32,000 nucleotides of DNA from Methanocaldococcus jannaschii DSM 2661 (GTDB lineage: Archaea; AGJL01; Methanococci; Methanococcales; Methanocaldococcaceae), in the NCBI RefSeq assembly GCF_000091665.1, contig NC_000909.1, positions 30,001 to 62,000 on the forward strand. The letters run 5' to 3'. The position numbers and the translations under genes are program-made. Below the pieces are notes generated by a model that was not told the origin of the DNA, searched no databases, and worked only from the letters and a program-made list of their open reading frames with translations. Of this stretch, positions 17,370 through 27,587 are shown in pieces; the first letter of the stretch is position 1, and every line of letters starts with the position of its first letter.

Positions 17370-18656
17370 TTAGATTCTTATTTTTTCTCCTAATTTTGGA
17401 GTTATTGCATCAAATCCATGTTCTAACGCCCAGTTTCTTAAAATTGTTGCCTGAACTTCCTCTCCATGTTGTATAATTAATAGCTCAGGATTGACTTTTT
17501 TAATTATCTCATGTAGCTCATCCATCCCAGCGTGGCATGAGAAGTTATACATGCAAACTTCTAAGTTTGGCTTAATTTCATCTTTTCCAATAAATATCTT
17601 TCCAGTTTCAATTAAATGTCTTCCATTGGAGTCTCTAACTTGGTAACCAGTTAATAATAAGGCATTTTTAGGATTATGCATGAATAATTTTAGATAATAC
17701 AGTATAGGCCCTCCATCTAACATTCCTGCAGTTGTTACAACAATTCCTCCATTTTTTGATAAGTTTTCGATTGCTTTAATCCTGTCCTCTGATTTTTCAA
17801 TTATTTTAACATTTTTTAGAGCTTTTTCTAATTGAGACGATTCATTTAGCATATGTTTATAGTTTAGCATTAACTTTGTAACTTCTACAGCCATTCCATC
17901 TAAGTAAATTGGAGCATCTATGTTGTAGTCATTTAAAATTAATAATATTTCCTGAGCTCTATCAACAGCAAAGACCGGAATTAAAGCAACTCCTCCCCTA
18001 AATAAAATCTCTTTTATCTTTTCTATAAAACTCAACTCTACGGCTTTTCTATCTGGGTGTATGCTGTTTCCATAAGTTGATTCTATAATTAAGATATCAA
18101 TATCATCCTTTGTATAGCTTAAATCAGCTCCTTTGGTTAATCTTGTGTCCCTCAACTTTACATCCCCAGTGTATAAGATGGTTTTGTTATTTTGGTAATT
18201 TAATAATATGGATGCACTTCCTGGAATATGCCCAGCACTAAACAATTCATAGGAAAAATCTTTGTAGTATTTTTTATCGTTGTAATTTAATGGGATTGTA
18301 TGCCTTATAGCTTCTTTTACATCATGGTTGTTGTAGGGGATTTTTTTATTTTCTGTTTCAGCTATTTTTACCATATCTTTTAATAAAACCTTAATTAATT
18401 TTTTTGATAATTCTGTTGTAATTACTGGAACATCCATCTTCCTATGAAATAGGACTGGTAAAGCCCCTGAATGGTCTAAATGGGCATGTGAGATAAAAAC
18501 TTTATCAACATCTCTTATGGAGTTGTCCAATATAGGATATTCTATTTCTTTTCCAAGCTTAACCCCACAATCTAATAGTATTTTGCTTTTATCAGTTTTT
18601 ATTTCTATACAACTTCTTCCAACTTCTAACGCCGCTCCTCTAAATATAATTTCCAT
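17370..18656 (-). CDS. Beta-CASP metallo-beta-lactamase ribonuclease
   Basis: VFISHAHLDHSGALP, GHIPGSASILL, YTGDVK, ILIIESTYG, GMLDGGPI, TGYQVRDSNGRHL, FSCHAGMDEL; start at MEIIFRGAALEVGRSC. Confidence 0.92.
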   Translation of the reverse strand: MEIIFRGAALEVGRSCIEIKTDKSKILLDCGVKLGKEIEYPILDNSIRDVDKVFISHAHLDHSGALPVLFHRKMDVPVITTELSKKLIKVLLKDMVKIAETENKKIPYNNHDVKEAIRHTIPLNYNDKKYYKDFSYELFSAGHIPGSASILLNYQNNKTILYTGDVKLRDTRLTKGADLSYTKDDIDILIIESTYGNSIHPDRKAVELSFIEKIKEILFRGGVALIPVFAVDRAQEILLILNDYNIDAPIYLDGMAVEVTKLMLNYKHMLNESSQLEKALKNVKIIEKSEDRIKAIENLSKNGGIVVTTAGMLDGGPILYYLKLFMHNPKNALLLTGYQVRDSNGRHLIETGKIFIGKDEIKPNLEVCMYNFSCHAGMDELHEIIKKVNPELLIIQHGEEVQATILRNWALEHGFDAITPKLGEKIRI

Positions 18657-18795
18657 GATACCACCATTTTTATTCAATTTTTAATTTCTGTTATTTTTGC
18701 TATTAAATACTTTTTATAAAATATTAATTGTTATATTCAAATATATTGATAAAGATAAAAACAAAATAACAATAAGCTGATTTTAATTAAAACAG

Positions 18796-19115
18796 AATCC
18801 CATTCCGAAACGGTCTGATTTTAATTATCTTATAAATTAAAAGCATTGAAATATAATACTCATCCGTTTCCATCCTCTATCCATTCTCTAAGAGGTCTGA
18901 TTTTAATCTTCAGTAAATACTGTTTTAATGCCTTCAATCTTATCTATTTCCATCCTCCAAGAGGTCTGATTTTAACAATTATTTGGGAAAAGGGAAAAGT
19001 ATCAATAACAGATAAATTTCCATTCCGAAACGGTCTGATTTTAACTAACGCCAAAAACCTCCATTACCCCCAGCATAACAACTGGATTTCCATTCCGAAA
19101 CGGTCTGATTTTAAC
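18796..19115 (-). CRISPR. Short CRISPR array, five repeats and four spacers of 38-40 nt, leader on the right side
   Basis: Repeats (+ strand) at 18796-18825 (degenerate), 18866-18907 (expanded, degenerate), 18946-18976 (variant ATTTCCATCCTCCAAGAGGTCTGATTTTAAC), 19016-19045 and 19086-19115 (ATTTCCATTCCGAAACGGTCTGATTTTAAC). Transcript orientation inferred from degenerate repeats at the left end. Confidence 0.95.
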
Positions 19116-19510
19116 AGGGCAATCATTCACAACATAATATACTTCATCACTCTTAATATTTAAGCTTTTCTATACCATATTTTTCTAAGGGTAAATAACC
19201 ATCTTACAATATAAACCTTTTAGTATTTAAAATTTTATCTCTTTACTAAAACTAAGCATTTTTATCTTCCTAAATTCAAAAATTTAACTTATTTGTTAGA
19301 GAAATCTTATTTACTTACCTAATTAATCTTAATTTTCAAAAATCCAAATAATTTAATTAAGTTAAATATTTTAAACAATCAAACCAGCAAACCCTTAGAA
19401 ATTAAATAAAAATCCTTTGAACTAATTAATAACTTCTAAATACTCTTATTTTCAAATTTCAAACATATTCAACAAGACAATCCATTAACCAAACAACAAA
19501 ATTGAAAATA
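19116..19510 (-). promoter_or_regulatory. AT-rich CRISPR leader region (putative)
   Basis: About 400 bp of very AT-rich noncoding DNA adjoining the perfect-repeat end of the array. Confidence 0.65.
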
Positions 19511-19515
19511 AGTTA

Positions 19516-20202
19516 TTAAATCAGGCCTAAAGCATCTTCAATGATTAAAAGCTCAGGCCCTGTTGTGTCTCCACCAACTACAGCTCCTTTGGAGTTTGCT
19601 ATAATGCAAGCTCCAACTGAAGTGGTTCCTTTATTTGCTGTTCCTTTACCAATATATTCCACTTTGAACAAGCTTTTTAAGAATTCAAGTTCATCATCTT
19701 CCACTAAAGGATGGGTCAAACAGCCTTTGTTTGTTACAACGGCATTACTTCCAACGGTTGGAAGTTCAGCAATAGTGCCAATCTCAACCTCAACATTTAA
19801 GGAATCTTCAATATCCTTCTTAAAATCTTTTAGTTCAGGAGATATTAAAGCTCCTTTGTCATTTGTTAATATTAAGTTACCTAAAGCCGTGTTTTTTGAT
19901 TTTATAATCTCAACATTTAAATCTAAATTATTTTCTTTTAGGAAATTTTTTATTCTATCTAATTCTTCATCTTCAACTATTTTTGGTAGTAATAGCCCAT
20001 ATTTATTTGCTACTGATAAAGAACCAACTAATGAACTGCCTCCAATATTAGTTTGGAGGCATTTTGTTTCTAAAACCTCAGATACTTCATTAACATCATC
20101 TTTGTCAAGAAAAATTGGTAATAGAGTTATTTCTTCAGTTGTTAATGCCAATACACCAATTGTGGGAATTCCTGAGAAGTATTTTCTTATAATCATGGTC
20201 AT
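19516..20202 (-). CDS. eif6: Translation initiation factor aIF6
   Basis: MIIRKYFSGIPTIGVLALTTEEITLLP... LVGSLSVANKYGLLLPKI... TVGSNAVVTNKGCLTHPLV. Confidence 0.94.
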   Translation of the reverse strand: MTMIIRKYFSGIPTIGVLALTTEEITLLPIFLDKDDVNEVSEVLETKCLQTNIGGSSLVGSLSVANKYGLLLPKIVEDEELDRIKNFLKENNLDLNVEIIKSKNTALGNLILTNDKGALISPELKDFKKDIEDSLNVEVEIGTIAELPTVGSNAVVTNKGCLTHPLVEDDELEFLKSLFKVEYIGKGTANKGTTSVGACIIANSKGAVVGGDTTGPELLIIEDALGLI

Positions 20203-20205
20203 CCC

Positions 20206-20469
20206 TTACTCTGCAAGTGTAGCTATAACAACATTTCCTTCTTTAACTGCCTTAACTCTAACTCTTGCTGGTGGTTTTTGAATACCTCTCTCCCAAATCT
20301 TTTCATTTAACTCATTGTCAATTTTAACAATCTCAGCTTTCATGTGTCTCTTTAAAAACTGTTTTATCTTCTTTATAGCTCTTGGAGCTCTTTTTGTTCT
20401 AACTGATTTGTTTATAACATCTCTCAATGGGATTGTGTATATTCTCTCTTCCATCATCAACACCTCCAA
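20206..20469 (-). CDS. rpl31e: Ribosomal protein L31e
   Basis: [70 protein letters not shown]. Confidence 0.95.
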   Translation of the reverse strand: MEVLMMEERIYTIPLRDVINKSVRTKRAPRAIKKIKQFLKRHMKAEIVKIDNELNEKIWERGIQKPPARVRVKAVKEGNVVIATLAE

Positions 20470-20653
20470 AATAGTTAAGATGATAAAAATACCCTACCCA
20501 TAGAGATATTGAAAATAGATATTTAAAGATTACGCTGACATCTCCAACCTTAAGTTTTGAAAAGTTTTCAATTTTTATAACATATATACGTAGCTAAATG
20601 CTGTAATAAATAATAAATATAAATATTACCAAATAAATAACAAATAAATAATC

Positions 20654-20833
20654 TTACTCTCTAAGAGCTTTCATATACTCTTCTCTTTTAATTTTTAGCT
20701 CATTTATCTTTTTATTGATATGTTTTATCTCCTCTTCATTTTTATACGAATTTAAGAGCCACTCTAACCTGGTTATTTTTTGATTAATTTCTGCTATATT
20801 TTTAATAGCAATTTTTCTCCAAGTTTCGTCCAT
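20654..20833 (-). CDS. Small (59 aa) charged, predicted helical/coiled-coil protein not in the supplied ORF track
   Basis: MDETWRKIAIKNIAEINQKITRLEWLLKNSYKNEEEIKHINKKINELKIKREEYMKALRE*, preceded by a GGGGGAGGGG ribosome-binding-like tract directly before ATG. Confidence 0.7.
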   Translation of the reverse strand: MDETWRKIAIKNIAEINQKITRLEWLLNSYKNEEEIKHINKKINELKIKREEYMKALRE

Positions 20834-21046
20834 ACCCCTCCCCCATCTTAAATTTTTAAGTTACAAGGTATATGCCAAATAATATATACTGTATAACATT
20901 ATATTGAGATTAATAGATATATGTAGATATAACCAAAAATAACAATTTATAATAACTAAAAGCATAAATTATTAATATACATAAATTATTAATATATTTA
21001 TTATTTTATTAAGATATAAATACTTTTTCAATTTCAATCTTTTCAA

Positions 21047-22237
21047 TCAATCCCTTTTAATACTATTCAATATTTCGATAAAATTATCTATATGCTCCCT
21101 CTTAATATGTGGCATAACAACGATTCTCAAAGCTTTAACACAATTGCAAACTGAAACGTAAATGCCTCTATCTCTAAGTTTTTTGCAGACTTCTTTATAA
21201 TCTTCATCTTCAATTGCAACAATATTTAATATTGGTTCAATGACTGGTTTAAAATTATTTTCCTTCAATTTTTTGTAAAGATAAAGGGTGTTTTCCATAC
21301 ATTCATTAACAATTTTTCGCTGTCCCTCTCTACCTAAATATCTTAAAACTGCATAAGTGCAGGCTCCTCCGAATCCAACCCTTGTTCCTAAGATTGTTGC
21401 CTGTCTTGTTTCAGTTAAATAAGGGGCATCAACATCCAAATATCTTTTATAACCTATATCTTTAAATAGAATCCCTCCACTTGGGATTGGGCAGTGCCCC
21501 ATTTTATGGGGGTCTATGGTTATAGAATCAACTCCCAAAGAAAAGTCAAATTTATAATTTACTCCTTTTTTCTTATATTTATCATCTAAAAATGGAATTA
21601 CTAAGCCTCCAAATGCCGCATCTACATGGATATAAATGTTGTTTTCTTTTGCTATTTTACTTAGCTCCTCTATGTTGTCAATAGTTCCAAGCTCTGTTGT
21701 TCCAGCAATTCCTATAATGCCATCTACATCATAATCCTCTACGGCATCTTTAACGAATTTCTCATCTATTGTATAATCTTCTTTAATTGGGGCATAGATA
21801 TACTCTAAGTCCATCATTTCTCTTCCTTTTTCGAATGAGAAATGGGCAGTTATTGGAACGATAATCTTTGGATGTTCATTTTTTGATAAGCCCTTTCTCC
21901 TTTTTTCCCTCCATATATTTTTTATGCATCTTAAAGCCATTAAGTTGGCTTCAGTCCCTCCACTAACTATATGTCCATAGGCATCTTTGTTATTTAACAA
22001 AGAACCCAATAAAGCCACAGCTTTTTCTTCTAACAATTTAGTCCCTTTAAATAGTCCAGGGTCTCCCAAGTTTGTTTCTAAGAAGATATCTACAATTTTT
22101 CTTGTTATTGGTAATACATTGGAACACATTGAACCGAAAATATTTCCATCTTCATACTTTAAATCCAAACTCCTATATTTTTTCAATTCCTCTAAAATTT
22201 CTTTCTCACTAACACCTTTTTCCTGCATGTTTCTCAT
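21047..22237 (-). CDS. mfnA: L-tyrosine/L-aspartate decarboxylase (PLP-dependent, methanofuran/CoA pathways)
   Basis: [13 protein letters not shown]... [13 protein letters not shown]... [21 protein letters not shown]. Confidence 0.93.
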   Translation of the reverse strand: MRNMQEKGVSEKEILEELKKYRSLDLKYEDGNIFGSMCSNVLPITRKIVDIFLETNLGDPGLFKGTKLLEEKAVALLGSLLNNKDAYGHIVSGGTEANLMALRCIKNIWREKRRKGLSKNEHPKIIVPITAHFSFEKGREMMDLEYIYAPIKEDYTIDEKFVKDAVEDYDVDGIIGIAGTTELGTIDNIEELSKIAKENNIYIHVDAAFGGLVIPFLDDKYKKKGVNYKFDFSLGVDSITIDPHKMGHCPIPSGGILFKDIGYKRYLDVDAPYLTETRQATILGTRVGFGGACTYAVLRYLGREGQRKIVNECMENTLYLYKKLKENNFKPVIEPILNIVAIEDEDYKEVCKKLRDRGIYVSVCNCVKALRIVVMPHIKREHIDNFIEILNSIKRD

Positions 22238-22346
22238 CCTTTAATTTTTTTAGTTGATAAACATCATGATTAAATTTATAAGTATTTAATGCGTTCTTAG
22301 GTATAAATATAATACAATATACTAAACATTTATTTGAGGTTTAATT

Positions 22347-22694
22347 ATGAAGATGGTTGTAGTAATAAGGAACGATTTAGGTATGGGAAAGGGAAAGATG
22401 GTAGCTCAGGGAGGACATGCAATAATAGAGGCTTTCTTAGATGCTAAAAGGAAAAATCCAAGGGCTGTTGATGAATGGTTGAGAGAAGGACAGAAAAAGG
22501 TAGTGGTTAAAGTAAATTCTGAAAAAGAGTTGATAGATATTTACAACAAAGCAAGAAGTGAAGGATTGCCGTGCTCAATCATTAGAGATGCAGGACATAC
22601 ACAATTAGAGCCAGGAACTTTGACAGCTGTAGCCATAGGCCCTGAGAAAGATGAGAAAATAGATAAAATAACAGGACATTTAAAACTTTTATAA
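22347..22694 (+). CDS. pth2: Peptidyl-tRNA hydrolase, archaeal/Pth2 type
   Basis: [28 protein letters not shown]... [22 protein letters not shown]. Confidence 0.96.
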   Translation: MKMVVVIRNDLGMGKGKMVAQGGHAIIEAFLDAKRKNPRAVDEWLREGQKKVVVKVNSEKELIDIYNKARSEGLPCSIIRDAGHTQLEPGTLTAVAIGPEKDEKIDKITGHLKLL

Positions 22695-22705
22695 ATTTAA
22701 ATTTT

Positions 22706-23374
22706 TTATTTATCTACTGCATGCTTAAACGCTTTAAAGCCACCTATTAATCTTTTAACTTTAAAACCCAATAGTTGTAAAATTAAAGCCATTGTTTGAC
22801 TCCTCATCCCTCCTCTTGCACAGAAAACAACAATTAACTTATCCCTATCAAGTTTTTTTGCTTCATTTAAAATTCTTTTTAAGCTTTTCTCAACAATATC
22901 TGTTGCTATTTCTATAGCTTTTTCTCTACTTTCCTGCTTGTAGGTCTTTCCAATTAATGCATGCTCATCATCCAAAAATAGTGGAATGTTTATAGCTCCA
23001 GGGAGTGTTTCCTCCTTAAATTCTCTTGGACTTCTTGTATCTACAATAATAACATCCTCTTTTTTTATCAACTCTAACAACTCACTAACAGTTATTGTAT
23101 TTTTAACAAATTCTCCCCCAATGGATTTTAAAAACTTGTTGATATCTATTCTTTCAAAGTATATGTCGTAATCTTTAAATTTTTTTACACCGACCTTTTT
23201 ATCTTCTAAAAATTCTTTAGAGGCAGATAATATAAAAGAAGCAAGCTCTCCTTCAATTTTTCCAGCCAATATTTTTTTACCATTAGTTATCATCTTCCTC
23301 CCATCATTTAAAACAATACATAAAACAACATCCTCTGTAAAGGTTATTAGCCGAGCTAAAATTCCCTCGTCCAT
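22706..23374 (-). CDS. selU-N: Rhodanese-domain protein, tRNA 2-selenouridine synthase N-part (SelU-N), with extra N-terminal domain
   Basis: [49 protein letters not shown]... [22 protein letters not shown]; SelU/YbbB rhodanese signature CARGGMRS. Confidence 0.88.
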
Positions 23375-23384
23375 GTTTTCCCTC

Positions 23385-24041
23385 TTAAATTAAATTATGC
23401 TCCTTTAATTTTTTCTTAATAAATTCATCAATTATTTTAGCTGATTTTTTAACATCCTCATTATAAACAATTAAATCTGGCTTTATCTTTTTCACATTTC
23501 TCATATAATGTTCTCTATAAAGTTTTTCTTCAATTAATTTTGCTGCTTCATAGTATTTGTCTTGTTTTATGAGTTCAATGATGTTATCAACTGCTTCAAT
23601 CATCTCTGGCTTTTTAAAACTCTCCTTTAATATTAAAAATTTGTTTATCAAAATTTCTTTCTCTTTTTCATTTTTTGGCTTATAAATGGAGACTAATCTG
23701 TTTATCTGGCATTCATAAGGACAGTCAATTAAGATTTTGTAAGTATAGTTTTTAATATCAGCCAACAACTCAGGAATTTTTAGCTTTTTCTCTCCACCAA
23801 TCTTCCTTCCCTCATATTCAACCACTGCATAACCAAATTTTTTAGCCTTTTCAATTTCTTTATTTATTAGATAGTCAAACTCTTCCTGGCTTCTCATACT
23901 TAAGTGATATAAATCCCCTAAAATACTCCCTCTTGTTCTTGCAATTTCTTCAATATCTATTACAGGATGATGTTTCTTTAATTCATTTAATATTTCTGTC
24001 TTTCCACATCCTGTTTTTCCAAATAATCCGAAGATAATCAT
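23385..24041 (-). CDS. selU-C: P-loop protein, tRNA 2-selenouridine synthase C-part (SelU-C)
   Basis: [43 protein letters not shown]... [10 protein letters not shown]; matches the YbbB C-terminal P-loop domain. Confidence 0.87.
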
Positions 24042-24155
24042 GTTTTCACCATTAAAACTTAATCCCATGTCTGGGTATAAATATGTTATTAAAAATGCTG
24101 ATATATAGCAGTTATTGTTTTTAGTTTTGTAACAATATCTGTTAAAAAAATTTTT

Positions 24156-25001
24156 CTAAATCAAGGGCTTTGGCTGATTATCATTTAATACTGGCAAGTT
24201 CTCAATACTTATTAATACCTTATCTAAATCTTTAGCTCTCTCCAATAAAATCTCTTTTCCAAAATCAGATAATGCAAATATCGGTATAGTTTTTCCAATC
24301 TGTGCTTTTATCTTGCCTTTTAATTTTTCCCTTAAAACCTTTGATGCACATGCAGTTACTAAATCAAAGTATTTGGCTATTTCTTCACTTCCCTCAATTC
24401 CAGTTAAATGAACACCAAATGTTAATATCTTTATCTCATCATTTTCTAATGATTTGCATCTTTTAGCATCTTCTAAGTTTGTTACAGTAACAGCTATTTT
24501 TTTATAATCCAACTCAATAGCTTTTTTAACACCTTCAAACTGATTTATTTCAGCAGTTTTTTTATTTAAAACAACCCCTCCAGCTTTTTCAATCTTTTCT
24601 ATAACCTCTAAAATGGGAGAGGTCTCTATTATTCCAGAGATTCTCCCACAGAGACCTTGAACTAAATTTGGATTTGAAGTTATAATAGTCCCAGCACAAT
24701 CAGCCACTATAACAGCAACATCTATAGCTTTTCTCTTTAAAGCACTCATTAAAATCTCTGAAGCTCCAAAAGGAACTATATATCTACTTTCTTCAACAAC
24801 TCTATTTTTTGTAAATAGCCCAAAATCCTTTATCCTAAATTCTATGTTTTCTTTTATGCTCTCTTTTGTTATCTCCTTTATTCCTCTATGCTTAGCAAAC
24901 AATGGGCAGTATTTTATTTTTGGTTCTGTAACTTCAACAACTCTGCCATTTTCAACAACAACTCTTGCCTTTCCTAATGCCTCCATTACATGTCTATCCA
25001 T
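24156..25001 (-). CDS. Methanogenesis marker protein 8-like (DUF2099) protein
   Basis: EALGKARVVVENGRVVEVTEPKIKYCPLFAKHRGI... VPFGASEILMSALKRKAIDVAVIVADCAGTIITSNPNLVQGLCGRISGIIETSP. Confidence 0.75.
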   Translation of the reverse strand: MDRHVMEALGKARVVVENGRVVEVTEPKIKYCPLFAKHRGIKEITKESIKENIEFRIKDFGLFTKNRVVEESRYIVPFGASEILMSALKRKAIDVAVIVADCAGTIITSNPNLVQGLCGRISGIIETSPILEVIEKIEKAGGVVLNKKTAEINQFEGVKKAIELDYKKIAVTVTNLEDAKRCKSLENDEIKILTFGVHLTGIEGSEEIAKYFDLVTACASKVLREKLKGKIKAQIGKTIPIFALSDFGKEILLERAKDLDKVLISIENLPVLNDNQPKPLI

Positions 25002-25079
25002 TTACATCTCCCATTAAAATGATAAAAATTACAAAAAATCAAAAAAATAAAAGAAATAAAAATAATTAGTCTCTAACCT

Positions 25080-25763
25080 TTAATCTTTTAAATATTTATC
25101 CAAATAATAGTTAATTATCTCCTCTCCACTTAAATAAATTAAATTATGTTTTTCAGCATATCTTTTTGTTTCATTTTTGCTCATAGCATTTCCATCATCG
25201 CCCATCATTTCACATATTGTGGTTATAGGCACTAAATTGGCCAGCTCTGCCAAAGCTACAGTCATTTCAGTGTGTCCTTGCCTATTTTTAACTAAACCTT
25301 CTGCTGCCCTCAATAGAGTTACATGTCCAGGACTTCTAAATTCCTTTCCAAAGTCATTAAATCTTCCTTCTTTAACCAATTCAGCCAATTTTTTTATTGT
25401 AAATGCCCTATCATTATCTGTAATTCCAGTAAATGTCTTTCTGTGGTTTATTGTAATTGAGAAAGATGATTTTTCATCATAAGGAATGTCATTTGGATAA
25501 AGCTCCCTCAATACTTTAAATTTTTGAGATGCAAATTCTAATATATCAACCATGAATGGAATTCCTAATTTATTGCATATATCCGGATGTAAAGCTGTGC
25601 AAATCAATCCTCCAGCGTCTTTCCTCATTATCCTTATATGCTCTGGAGTTATAAATTGGGAGGCAACAACCATGTCCGTTTCTCCTTCTCTCTCATCTGA
25701 GTCATAAACTAAAATTATTTCTCCTTTTTTTAATGCTTCTATGGCTTTTTCTACATTATTCAT
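25080..25763 (-). CDS. ribB: 3,4-dihydroxy-2-butanone 4-phosphate synthase
   Basis: [45 protein letters not shown]... [34 protein letters not shown]. Confidence 0.96.
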
Positions 25764-26166
25764 CTTTATCTCCCTTAATTAGTATTTTTATAACATCTCC
25801 ATCCTTTAAATTAAATTGCTCCCTAAGTTTCATTGGGGCAATTATCTCTATAATCTCACTACTATGATATGTTTTTTTCGGCACAACTATCGCCCCATCT
25901 ATTTTTTTATTACCTATTAATATTTTTATTGGTAAAACCTTAACTCCAAAAAATCTTTTCCCATTAAATTCAAAATCCTCTGTTTCAATATATTTAAATT
26001 TGTTTATATCAAATTCTCTATCTAATTTTAAATTTAATGTCCCCTCATAAGGTTCAAAGCCAAGAATCTTCTTAAATATCTCTTTGTAAGGAGGGAGGGA
26101 TAAAAAATATCTCCCTTCTCCAAGTCCTGAAACTACTTCTCCCTCAATAATCATCAATTTCACCAA
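25756..26166 (-). CDS. ribK: CTP-dependent riboflavin kinase
   Basis: [44 protein letters not shown]... overlapping ribB. Confidence 0.92.
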
Positions 26167-26181
26167 AAAATTTTAATAATT

Positions 26182-27462
26182 TTAATGGTGGGATTCTTCT
26201 TTATACTTTGGTTTATACTCTCCCAACAACTTCAAAGCCAACATTCCAGCCCATGATGCCTCTAAGATAACACTCAATAAAATTGTCATAAATGTTCCAA
26301 TGATTATTGTTCCTGCAATATCTGTTGGAGTAATATATTTTGTTATAGATGCTGGAATCTTATCAGCATTTTTCAATATTTCTATACCAACAGTTACAGC
26401 TAAAGCGGCAGGAACAACACCTCTTGGTCCCTCTAAGGCAAAATAGAGTTTTTCTTTAAATGAATGTTTTGAACCTATCAAACCCAAGAAGACCCCAAGA
26501 GGTCTTGCTAAGAATATAGAGCCAAGAGCTACTAACAAACCTGGAATGAAATAATTTTCTAACATGCTTAGCTTTATACATGCTCCCAAAAATACAAAAA
26601 TAAACACTCTTGCCAACAAAGATAAATCATCACAGAACGATACTATATATTTATAATCTATATCATCCGCTCTAAATAATGCATCTCCCAAGTAAAGTCC
26701 CATTATTGCAACAGCCATATAACCACTAAATCCATAACCACAAATACTTGGCAATAAATCATCTCCCACATATAAAAGGAGCATTGCTCCTCCAAGAACT
26801 AATGGAGCCACATACTCATGGAAGTCACAATGTATAATAATTTTTTCATATATTTTAGCTAACAATAAGCCAACAACTATGGCTCCACCAGCAAGTGTAA
26901 TTAAATCAATTAATGGATTTGATGAGGAAAATAAACCAAACAACCCCAAAATAACACTGGTTGAAACTATTCCCAATGGGTCGTTAAAGATACTCTCCGC
27001 CTCTAACGTTATAGCTACTTCAGGATTTGTTCTAACTCTTGAAAACACTGGAATTAAAGTTGCTGGGTCTGTAGCAGCAGTTATTGCTCCAAATAAATAG
27101 CCAACTGGGGATGTATATGGAAGATTTAAGACCATATTAAAAATAAAACCAGAAATAAGTAGAGTAATTAAAAATGTTATTGTATCTAACCTCACTACTG
27201 TTTTTATAACTCTCTTAAGTAGTGAAATCCTCATTGTAAATGCTCCTCCCAACAAAATAAATATTAATCCTATCGGTCCCGCATATTCAAAAATCTCCAT
27301 TGCTGAATCTGATGGGATGATTTGTAAAAAAGGCCCTATGATTAAACCTAACAATAACAATAACGGTATATCTGGAATTTTTAACTTTTCAGCAATTTTT
27401 GCCACTAACGAACCAAGAACTAAAGCTAATCCAAGGTAACCAATAGCCATCATAAGTTCCAT
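26182..27462 (-). CDS. CPA1-family Na+/H+ antiporter (NhaP-like)
   Basis: 12-TM sequence; AATDPATLIPV, EAESIFNDPLGIV, GPRGVVPAALA motifs. Confidence 0.9.
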   Translation of the reverse strand: MELMMAIGYLGLALVLGSLVAKIAEKLKIPDIPLLLLLGLIIGPFLQIIPSDSAMEIFEYAGPIGLIFILLGGAFTMRISLLKRVIKTVVRLDTITFLITLLISGFIFNMVLNLPYTSPVGYLFGAITAATDPATLIPVFSRVRTNPEVAITLEAESIFNDPLGIVSTSVILGLFGLFSSSNPLIDLITLAGGAIVVGLLLAKIYEKIIIHCDFHEYVAPLVLGGAMLLLYVGDDLLPSICGYGFSGYMAVAIMGLYLGDALFRADDIDYKYIVSFCDDLSLLARVFIFVFLGACIKLSMLENYFIPGLLVALGSIFLARPLGVFLGLIGSKHSFKEKLYFALEGPRGVVPAALAVTVGIEILKNADKIPASITKYITPTDIAGTIIIGTFMTILLSVILEASWAGMLALKLLGEYKPKYKEESHH

Positions 27463-27587
27463 GTTATCACAATATAAAATTATCTTTTTGGCTGAATATT
27501 TAAAATCTAAAAATCATATAAATATTTTATCGAGGAAAATAATTGGAGATTAAAAAAAGGAATATGCGTAATAAAAAATTATTAAGT

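Noticed and set aside
18846-19163. 105-aa ORF on + strand ([24 protein letters not shown]...)
   Set aside because: It runs straight through the CRISPR array; the repeated RGLIL/RNGLIL peptides are translations of the repeats, so it is not a gene.
19116-19510. AT-rich region right of the CRISPR array considered as hiding a small gene or toxin-antitoxin pair
   Set aside because: No frame with a ribosome-binding site and sensible coding composition was seen; it is best explained as the CRISPR leader.
22706-24041. SelU-N and SelU-C genes considered as a frameshifted single selU
   Set aside because: Domain order is reversed relative to bacterial SelU and both genes have their own plausible starts, so this is a true split, not a frameshift.
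24070-24155. Intergenic region between the marker-protein gene and selU-C checked for sRNA or riboswitch
   Set aside because: No C/D boxes, kink-turn or GC-rich stem was recognisable; ordinary AT-rich promoter region.
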